Positions 20,892-29,400 of a DNA stretch of 64,000 bases are shown piece after piece. The position numbers were made by a program, and so were the translations under genes. The notes under the pieces are model-generated. The model was not told the DNA's origin. It did no database searches and was given only the letters and a program-made list of their open reading frames with translations. The DNA is from Planktothrix tepida (GTDB lineage Bacteria; Cyanobacteriota; Cyanobacteriia; Cyanobacteriales; Microcoleaceae). Positions within the stretch are counted from its first letter, which is position 1, and the number at the start of each line of letters is the position of its first letter. Where the stretch lies: the NCBI RefSeq assembly GCF_904830955.1, contig NZ_LR882970.1; one strand, written 5' to 3'.

Positions 20892-22073
20892 ATGCCTTAC
20901 GAAACCTTAAAACTTTCCACCCCTAAACCCGTCCTATCTTGGGCAAATCATGAGTTAGGTTCCGAAGAAACCAAAATGGCAAAAAACGTCGCTTCTTTGC
21001 CCTTTGTGTTTAAGCACGTTGCTTTAATGCCCGATGTTCACTTAGGAAAAGGGGCATTAGTTGGTTCTGTTATTGCTACAAAAGAAGCCATTATTCCAGC
21101 GGCTGTGGGCGTTGATGTGGGTTGTGGGATGTGTGCCGTTAAATTACCTTTTATTGGCGAACAAGTCGAGGGAAAACTCAAAAAAATTCGCCAAGAAATT
21201 GAAGCTGCTATTCCAGTTGGATTTAATGACAATAAAGAAATTGAAAAAGCTGTTACAAACTGGCAAGGATGGCGAGAATTTAAAGATCTACATTCTAAAG
21301 TTCAAAACTTAGAATCAAAAGCCATGAAACAAATGGGATCTTTAGGAGGGGGTAATCATTTTATTGAACTGTGTTTAGATGCAGAAAACAACGTTTGGTT
21401 AATGCTGCATTCTGGTTCTCGTCATATTGGTAATATGTTAGCCCAGAATCATATTGACACTGCAAAACATCTAGCAAAATTAGCTGAACTTAAACTACCT
21501 GACCCTGATTTAGCTTATTTTGTATCAGGAACTCCCGAATTTGCAGCCTATTGGAATGATTTACAATGGGCACAACATTATGCTCGATTAAATCGAGATA
21601 TTATGATGGCACGGTTTAAACGAATTGTAGAAAAAGCCATTGCGGGAGGTAAACCCACCAAACCTTTATTAGAGGTTAATTGCCATCATAATTATTCTGA
21701 AAAAGAAGTGCATTTTGGCGAAGAAGTTTATGTTACTCGTAAAGGTGCAGTTCGGGCAGCAGAACAAGATTATGGGATTATTCCAGGTTCAATGGGAGCA
21801 AAATCTTTTATTGTTAAAGGCAAGGGAAATCATGATAGTTACTGTAGCTGTTCCCACGGCGCAGGGCGTTTAATGTCTCGAACTAAAGCCAAAAAACAAT
21901 TTAGTTTGGATGATTTAATTCAACAAACTCAAGGGATTGAATGTCGCAAGGATGAAGGAGTGATTGATGAAATTCCCGGTGCTTATAAACCCATTGATGA
22001 AGTCATGAAACAACAATCCGATTTAGTTGAAGTGGTAGCCACTTTAAAACAAATTCTCTGCGTCAAAGGGTAA
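20892..22073 (+). CDS. rtcB: RNA-splicing ligase RtcB
   Basis: MPDVHLGKGALVGSVIATKEAIIPAAVGVDVGCGMC shows the conserved RtcB metal-binding motifs. Further matches are NHFIEL and HSGSRHIGN, the C-terminal His, and a length of 393 aa. Confidence 0.85.
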   Translation: MPYETLKLSTPKPVLSWANHELGSEETKMAKNVASLPFVFKHVALMPDVHLGKGALVGSVIATKEAIIPAAVGVDVGCGMCAVKLPFIGEQVEGKLKKIRQEIEAAIPVGFNDNKEIEKAVTNWQGWREFKDLHSKVQNLESKAMKQMGSLGGGNHFIELCLDAENNVWLMLHSGSRHIGNMLAQNHIDTAKHLAKLAELKLPDPDLAYFVSGTPEFAAYWNDLQWAQHYARLNRDIMMARFKRIVEKAIAGGKPTKPLLEVNCHHNYSEKEVHFGEEVYVTRKGAVRAAEQDYGIIPGSMGAKSFIVKGKGNHDSYCSCSHGAGRLMSRTKAKKQFSLDDLIQQTQGIECRKDEGVIDEIPGAYKPIDEVMKQQSDLVEVVATLKQILCVKG

Positions 22074-22084
22074 AAATTCCGTAG

Positions 22085-22124
22085 GGGCGAGGTCTTCTCG
22101 CCCTCTAACTTAAAAATTTTTTTT
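22085..22124 (+). terminator. Probable rho-independent terminator of rtcB
   Basis: GGGCGAG-gtctt-CTCGCCC forms a 7-bp GC-rich stem at 22085-22103. A T-run (tttttttt) follows at 22117-22124. Confidence 0.5.
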
Positions 22125-22177
22125 GTATCAAAAAATAATCATTATTTAATGTAGGCTATAGGGATAAAACCTGACTC

Positions 22178-23029
22178 CTAGGATTGTTTATACTCTGTAA
22201 CTAATGTTAAACTCAACCATTCTCCTTTATCATTATATTGACGAATTAAACGCTGTCGAATATCAGGCTTAATTAACCAACCTGCTTCAAAAAAGAAGGG
22301 TTTTCTTAACTCTACTCGTTCAGGAATTGTAGCAGATGCCCCATCCGGCAATAATATGACTCTAACTGGGTTTTTCCCTTGATCAAAGCGAATCATTGAA
22401 CCCTCAATTCTAGCTTTTGAGGATATTTTAATGTCTTGAACCCCAAACGTTAAATTTTGCAGCAGTTGATATTTACTATCAGACTCTAATTGCAACTGCA
22501 TTCGAGTTGGATAAATATCAGGAGAACGTAAATCAGGATAAAGGGTAATTCCTTCACCTTTCCACTCTCCTAATAAGGCTTCAAGGGTTAAAGCAGGGCG
22601 TTCAATATCATTGCTTCCCTGACGTTTTTCTCGAATTAAAGTTAAGCTTTCTAAATAACCATCAAGATTAAATAATTCTACTAGGCGCAACCGTCGATTT
22701 TCATGAATAAACCCAAACTCTGCACCAGATTTTGAAATCGGAGACAGTTGAATAGTGCCTTGAGAAAAAGTACCATTCTCAAAAAATAAAATATCTCGTC
22801 CCAGAGATTGGTATTCTCGAACTAATTCTTTAATTTCCGGTTCAAGTGTTGGATCGGAATTAGGATAAAATCGTTTTAGGGTTAGGCGGGCTGTTCGATT
22901 TTCATTAAAACTTTCTAGGGTAAGATGACTGGGAATATCATTAATGAGTTCTCCTTGGGGTGAGAACTGGGTAAAAGACCCTTGCCATTCTCCCAGATTT
23001 TTTAGAAAACTTTTCCATTGACTGTTCAT
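22178..23029 (-). CDS. Conserved hypothetical protein (possibly DUF3598-like)
   Basis: Long ORF with a W/G-rich N-terminus (MNSQWKSFLKNLGEWQGSF). Domain family is uncertain. Confidence 0.5.
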   Translation of the reverse strand: MNSQWKSFLKNLGEWQGSFTQFSPQGELINDIPSHLTLESFNENRTARLTLKRFYPNSDPTLEPEIKELVREYQSLGRDILFFENGTFSQGTIQLSPISKSGAEFGFIHENRRLRLVELFNLDGYLESLTLIREKRQGSNDIERPALTLEALLGEWKGEGITLYPDLRSPDIYPTRMQLQLESDSKYQLLQNLTFGVQDIKISSKARIEGSMIRFDQGKNPVRVILLPDGASATIPERVELRKPFFFEAGWLIKPDIRQRLIRQYNDKGEWLSLTLVTEYKQS

Positions 23030-23058
23030 TTTGATTTTTATTAATTATAAGGTTTATA

Positions 23059-24012
23059 ATGTTACCAAATTATCCAATCATAACACTTTTAACAGATTTT
23101 GGCTCAAAAGATATTTATGTCGGGGTAATGAAAGGAGTTATTAGTCAAATTAATCCTCAAATTAATATCATTGACTTAACCCATGAAATTCCCCCTCAAA
23201 ATATTGCTATGTCCAGATTTTGTTTAATGAATGCTTATTCCTATTTCCCAGAAGGAACCGTTCATATTGCTGTGGTTGATCCTGGGGTAGGAACCCAACG
23301 ACGAGCGATCGCGATTAAATTTAAAAATAGCTATTTAGTCGGGCCGGATAATGGATTATTAACGGGACTATTAGAACCCTTTTTAACGTCTAAAATTGAC
23401 ATTAATTCTAATCATTTAGAATCCCCGGAAATTATTGCTGTTGAATTAAATAATCCTAAATATTGGCGAACCTCTCAACCGAGTACAACCTTTCACGGTC
23501 GAGATATTTTTGCGGCGGTTGGTGCTCATTTAGCCTCTGGTATTCCCCTAGAACAATTGGGAACCTTCATTGACCTAAAAACGTTAGTACGCTTATCTTT
23601 ACCATCCTGTCGATTGACTGATGATGGCATAGAGGGATGTATTCAATATATTGATGGGTTTGGAAATTTAGTCACCAATATTCCTGGGGAAGCCGTTGCG
23701 GATAAAAACTGGTATATAGCAATCAGCGAAGGTAAGAAAAAGCCCAAAAACAAAAAACACAAACCGAAAAAAAATAAACTTAAAAATAAGAAAAATTCTA
23801 AAAAAATATTGCAAACAGAGCAACATAAACTTGCGGGTTTATCTTGTCTGATTCCAAAAGGTCAAACCTATGGAGATTTGCCATCAGGTCAATTGGTCGC
23901 CTTAGTAGGTTCTCATCAGTGGTTAGAAATTGCCATGAATGGGGGAAATGCTCAACAACAATTAAAACTAGATTTAGGAGCAAAAGTCCAGGTGATTATC
24001 AGTCATCAGTAA
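23059..24012 (+). CDS. SAM hydroxide adenosyltransferase family protein (DUF62; fluorinase/chlorinase-like fold) with a poly-Lys insertion
   Basis: The N-terminal LLTDFGSKDIYVGVMKGVI matches the hallmark DUF62 motif. An insertion SEGKKKPKNKKHKPKKNKLKNKKNSKK is encoded by an A-rich tract at about 23735-23815. Confidence 0.75.
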   Translation: MLPNYPIITLLTDFGSKDIYVGVMKGVISQINPQINIIDLTHEIPPQNIAMSRFCLMNAYSYFPEGTVHIAVVDPGVGTQRRAIAIKFKNSYLVGPDNGLLTGLLEPFLTSKIDINSNHLESPEIIAVELNNPKYWRTSQPSTTFHGRDIFAAVGAHLASGIPLEQLGTFIDLKTLVRLSLPSCRLTDDGIEGCIQYIDGFGNLVTNIPGEAVADKNWYIAISEGKKKPKNKKHKPKKNKLKNKKNSKKILQTEQHKLAGLSCLIPKGQTYGDLPSGQLVALVGSHQWLEIAMNGGNAQQQLKLDLGAKVQVIISHQ

Positions 24013-24169
24013 TTAGGGATTGAAAATAAAACCCTACATCTAACAACCTCACCATTACGGAAAAATCCCTGGTGAAACATCCCTACAACCCTACAGGGTT
24101 TTCTACACTTCTCGCTCCCAGTTCAATTTGTCATTATGTAAATTAGGTAGACAACATTAGGGCTGTGAA

Positions 24170-24475
24170 ATGAAAGATCTTATTCAATCCTTTTATAATT
24201 GGTATCGCGTTACCCTACGGAATACAAAATATCGTTGGGTTGTGATTTTAGGAAGCTTACTTTATTTAGTGAGTCCGATTGATATTTCTCCTGACTTTCT
24301 ACCCGTTGTCGGATGGTTAGATGATGGGATAATTGCGACCATTTTAGTCACTGAAGTATCGCAATTACTCATTGAAGGTTTAAACCGCCGCAAACAAACC
24401 CGTCAAGGGACAGAGGTTAATGAAGTTGAATCTGTGAACCGTGACCAAACCGTTGTAGACGTTTCTGTCAGCTAG
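24170..24475 (+). CDS. DUF1232 (YkvA-like) small membrane protein
   Basis: LLYLVSPIDISPDFLPVVGWLDDGIIATILV matches the conserved DUF1232 P-x-D-x-I-P-D...G..DD motif. Confidence 0.7.
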   Translation: MKDLIQSFYNWYRVTLRNTKYRWVVILGSLLYLVSPIDISPDFLPVVGWLDDGIIATILVTEVSQLLIEGLNRRKQTRQGTEVNEVESVNRDQTVVDVSVS

Positions 24476-24645
24476 ATTAATTTTTTTGATATAAATCTTA
24501 AAAGGGAGTAGAGAAAATTAACCCTGATCTCTACTCCCTGTTTTAATAATAATTAATAGGAGGAGACATCTTTATTGATAAAATCAAGGAATATAACCCC
24601 AAAAAATCGGGTTTAATTCTCAGGAAACATTCATTCCCATCCACC

Positions 24646-25980
24646 ATGAAGACTCTGACATCTAATACCCCTCCCAAACTTAATTGTTGCGATCGCAAAA
24701 CTCTTCTCAACTATTTTCAGGATGCTTGGCAACTCGAAGATCTGCTCCTAAAAAGTTTAGTCGGAGAAGATACATTTTATCTGAATCCTGACCCTTTGAG
24801 AAATCCGCTCATTTTTTATCTCGGGCATTCGGCGACTTTCTATATCAATAAATTAATGCACGTTGGATTATTAGAAGAAAGCCTTAATCCAGACTATGAA
24901 ATTCTGTTTGGAGTTGGGGTTGATCCCGCAACACCCACCGAATTAAATCAAGCGATCGCCCATTCGGAATGGCCGGAGGTTGCATCGACTTGGAAATATC
25001 GAGAACAAGTCTTAGAAAGACTATCAGAATTCATTGAAAAAACGCCGATTACTTTGCCAATTCTTCCCGATCATCCCCTGTGGGCGTTAATCATGGGAAT
25101 TGAACATCAGCGCATTCATGTCGAAACCTCTTCGATGTTATTTCGTCAGCTTCCCCTAGAGCGAGTTCAACGCCCTTCAGACTGGAAATATGCCCCGTCT
25201 AATAATTTCACTCCTGAGAATGAAATGGTAAAAGTTGCAGGTGGAATTGCAAAACTGGGCAAAACTTTTGATGATCCAACTTATGGTTGGGATATTGATT
25301 ATGGTTCACGCACTGTTGAAGTTGCACCTTTTTTAGCGAGTAAATATCTCATTACCAATCGCGAATTCCTGGATTTTGTTAAGGCGGGTGGCTACGAAAA
25401 TCAAGACTATTGGGATAAAAAATCTTGGCAATGGAAAACTGAAAATAATATCCAACATCCCAAATTTTGGCGATTAGAAAAGGGCAGTTATAAATATCGC
25501 GCCCAGTTTGATGAAATGGATGTACCGTTAGATTGGCCGGCGGAAGTCAATTATTATGAAGCAATGGCTTATTGTCGTTGGAAAGGTGAAGGAACTCGGT
25601 TAATGAATGAAGCTGAGTACAATGTTGCTACTTACGGTAATGGTTTAGTCGAAGATGTAGACCATTATAATCTCAATTTTAAATTCGGTTCACCGAGTCC
25701 GGTGGGATTGTTAGAAACGGCAAAAAGTTACTCTGGACTTTATGATTTGCGGGGGAATGTTTGGGAATGGTTGAGTGATCATTTAAACCCCCTTTCAGGG
25801 TATGAACCCCATTTTCTTTATGAAGATAATTCTGCTATCTTTTTTGATACTCAACATCAAATGATGTTAGGAGGCTGTTGGATCACAAATGGCACGGAAG
25901 CTTTAAAATATTATCGCAATTGGTTTCGTCCGAATTTCTATCAACACGCTGGTTTTCGGATTGTTCAAGATATTAACTAA
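24646..25980 (+). CDS. EgtB-like sulfoxide synthase (DinB_2 N-domain plus FGE-sulfatase/SUMF1-like C-domain)
   Basis: N-terminal LIFYLGHSATFYINKL is DinB-like. C-terminal GNVWEWLSD and RGG-type motifs are typical of the FGE/EgtB family. A length of 444 aa fits EgtB rather than OvoA. Confidence 0.6.
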   Translation: MKTLTSNTPPKLNCCDRKTLLNYFQDAWQLEDLLLKSLVGEDTFYLNPDPLRNPLIFYLGHSATFYINKLMHVGLLEESLNPDYEILFGVGVDPATPTELNQAIAHSEWPEVASTWKYREQVLERLSEFIEKTPITLPILPDHPLWALIMGIEHQRIHVETSSMLFRQLPLERVQRPSDWKYAPSNNFTPENEMVKVAGGIAKLGKTFDDPTYGWDIDYGSRTVEVAPFLASKYLITNREFLDFVKAGGYENQDYWDKKSWQWKTENNIQHPKFWRLEKGSYKYRAQFDEMDVPLDWPAEVNYYEAMAYCRWKGEGTRLMNEAEYNVATYGNGLVEDVDHYNLNFKFGSPSPVGLLETAKSYSGLYDLRGNVWEWLSDHLNPLSGYEPHFLYEDNSAIFFDTQHQMMLGGCWITNGTEALKYYRNWFRPNFYQHAGFRIVQDIN

Positions 25981-25982
25981 TA

Positions 25983-26025
25983 CAGTTATCAGTTATCAGT
26001 TATCAGTTATCAGTTATCAGTTATC
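25983..26025. repeat. STRR-like heptamer tandem repeat (6x CAGTTAT)
   Basis: The sequence reads cagttatcagttatcagttatcagttatcagttatcagttatca directly. Confidence 0.9.
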
Positions 26026-26130
26026 AATACCCTTACCTGGAAAAAATAACTCTATCTTTAGATAGATGTTATGTTTAATATAACATCTGGTATGGTTCGA
26101 GCTAATTATTAATCCTTTTTACCTTTTGTT

Positions 26131-26388
26131 ATGAAGGCTACAGAGCAACAAAGAGTAGCACAGTTAATTCGTGAAACTCGTCAGTGTCTGAATTTGTCTC
26201 AAGTTCAATTTGCCTTAAAATTAGGGGTATCATTCCAAAGTGTCAATCGATGGGAGAATGGGCGAACCAAACCCCTACCTTTAGCCTTAAATCAGATTAA
26301 GCAATTACTTGATCAGATGAGTGCTTCGCCAGAACCAACTCTGCAACAACGAAGTCGGGATCTTCTGGCTCAATATTTTTCCGACTAA
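26131..26388 (+). CDS. XRE-family HTH transcriptional regulator
   Basis: LNLSQVQFALKLGVSFQSVNRWENGRTKP is the classic XRE HTH. It lies 24 nt upstream of the hybrid kinase gene. Confidence 0.7.
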   Translation: MKATEQQRVAQLIRETRQCLNLSQVQFALKLGVSFQSVNRWENGRTKPLPLALNQIKQLLDQMSASPEPTLQQRSRDLLAQYFSD

Positions 26389-26412
26389 GGACTAAAATAG
26401 GGGTTCAAAAGA

Positions 26413-29400
26413 GTGAACATTAACCTCTCAACAGATTCGTTCAGTGGGCAAGGGGAAATTCATCAGTTAATCTGTACCTTAGATTGGTCAAAAACCCTTC
26501 TCGGCCCACCGTCCCAATGGCCTCAGAGTTTACGAACCGCCGTCAGTATTATCTTAAACTCTCGCTATCCGATGTTTATTTGGTGGGGCGAAGAATACAT
26601 TAACCTCTACAATGAAGCGTATCGCCCCATTTTAGGAACCCGAAAACATCCTCAATTTTTCGGACAATCTGCGAAAGATTGTTGGGCTGAAGTCTGGGAT
26701 GTCGTGGGACTCTTAGCCGAAAGTGTGCTGCATACAGGTCAGCCTACCTGGTCAGAAAATCTGATGCTGATCATGCACCGTTCCGGTTATACCGAAGAAA
26801 CCTATTTTACCTTTTCCTATAGTCCGATTACCGACGAAAGTGGCGGAGTCGGGGGTATTTTTTGTGCTGTAACCGAAACCACCGAACAAATCATCGGAGA
26901 ACGACGACTGCAAACCCTGCGGGAAATTGCCACAGCCACCACCGACGCTAAAACCGTTGAAATAGCTTGTCAGCGTGCAATTGAGGCGATCGCATCTAAC
27001 AACATGGATATCCCCTTCGCCCTGCTGTATCGCATTCAAGATGGAAAACAAGCTTATCTTGCGGGAACCGCCGGAATAGAACCGAATCATCCCATTGCCC
27101 TATCCCCGATTAACTTAACCGAAAATTCTGATCCTTGGGAGTTAAATCTTGTTAACCAAACTGGGGAAACACTGCTATTAGAAGACTTAAATACTCGGTT
27201 TGACAGCTTACCGATGGGGGTTTGGGATGAACCTCCCCAGGCTGCGATGGTCATCCCCTTAACTCAAAAGCCCCAATCTCAGTTAGCCGGATTTTTAATC
27301 CTAGGAATTAGCCCCCGACGTGCCTTTGATGACTCCTATCGGGGGTTTTTTGATTTAATTGCCAATCAAGTCGCCATCGCCATCGCCAATGCTCAAGCCT
27401 ACGAAGCTGAACGACAACGCTCCGAAGCCTTAGCAGAACTCAACCGAGCCAAAACTGCTTTTTTTAGTAATATTAGTCATGAATTCCGCACTCCATTAAC
27501 CTTAATCTTGGGTTCCTTAGAAGAAACCCTTCTCAGTCCCAACTCCCTCAATCTTGATCAACAGGAACAATTACAAGTCGCCAAACGCAATAGCTTACGA
27601 CTTCTCAAACTCGTGAATACTCTCCTCGATTTTTCCAGTTTGGAAGCCGAACGATTTCAAGCGGTTTATGAACCCACTGATTTATCAAGGTTTACCACAG
27701 AACTTGCAAGTATGTTTCGTTCGGCTATTGAACGAGCCGGAATGCAGTTGATCATCGATTGTCCTCCCCTCCCAGAACTTATCTATATTGATCGGGAAAT
27801 GTGGGAAAAAATAGTTCTCAACCTCCTTTCAAACGCCTTTAAATTTACCTTCAAAGGCAAAATTACAGTGTCTCTGCGGTGGATGGGGGATCACGTTCAA
27901 CTGAATGTTCAAGATACCGGAATTGGGATTCGCAGCAAAGACATTCCTCATGTATTTGAACGGTTTCATCGTGTTTCCGAAGCGCAAGGCAGAACCTATG
28001 AGGGATCGGGCATTGGTCTATCCTTAGTCAAAGAGTTAGTCCAGTTGCACGCAGGTACGATTGAAATTAGCAGTATTCCAGGGGAAGGGAGTTGTTTTAT
28101 CGTGTCCATTCCCTCTGGCTGCGCTCATCTGGATACTGATCAGATTTGTCAGACAACTCGCTACAATTCCTCACCCCTAGAAGCCACAGCTTATTTAGAA
28201 GAGGTAATGAGTTGGGAAAATCCGTCTTGCATCGCCCCGTTAAAACCTTTTTTATCCCCTACTTCCCGCATTCTGCTGGTAGAAGACAATGGGGATATGC
28301 GGAATTATATGCAGCGTTTGTTGAGTCAACACTATCAAGTCGAAAGCGTTCATCATGGGTTAGCAGCCTTAGAAGCGATTCATCGTCAGAAACCGGATTT
28401 AGTCGTCTCTGATATTATGATGCCGGAATTAGATGGTTTTGAACTGCTGCACACCCTACGACGAGATCCCAGAACTCAAGAAATCCCCATTATTCTTTTA
28501 TCTGCTCGGGCTGGAGAAGAAGCGACTATTGAAGGCTTAGAAGCCGGGGCTGATGATTATCTAATTAAACCGTTTTCAGCCCGTGAACTTTTAGCTCGTG
28601 TCCACTCCATTTTAGAACTTACTCGACTGCGACAGGAAGCCACAATTCGAGAACAAGAATTAAATACCACAAAAGCCCAGGTGATTGATATTCTCGAAAG
28701 TATTACCGATGGCTTTTTTGCCTTAGATCATCAGTGGCGATTTACCTATATTAACCAAGCTTCAGAACGGCTATTTTTGAAAACCAGAGGGGAATTATTA
28801 GGGTGTAACCTATGGGAAATTTATCCTAATTTTTTAAAATCTATTGAAGCTCAAAAACTGCATCAAGTCATGGAAAATCAGGAGGCAGAACATTTTGAAA
28901 CTTCAACGATTCATCCGGGATTTTGGTATGAAGCCCACGTTTATCCTTATCAAGAAGGTTTAGCCGTTTATTGGCGAGATATTACCGAACGAAAACAAGC
29001 TGAAGTTTCCCTGCGTCAAAGCGAAGAACGATTTCGGGTGGCTCAAGAATTATCCTTAGATGCCTTTACTATTTTGCAAAGTGTGCGAGATGAAACGGGC
29101 AAAATTATTGATTTTGAGTGGACTTATGTTAATCCGAAAGCGGCTGACGTTTTACACCAAACCATTGAAAAGTTAATTGGTCAGCGACTTTTAGAAGTGC
29201 TTCCAGGGAATAAAACCAATAGTGATTTATTTGAACGTTATGTGCGAGTAGTAGAAACCGGAGAACCCCACGATATTGAGTTATGTTACCAATCGGAAGG
29301 AATTATGGGTTGGTTTCGGAATATGTGTGTTAAAATTGGTGATGGTGTGGCGATTTCTTTTAGTGATATTAGCGATCGCAAATTATCAGAAGCAGCCTTA

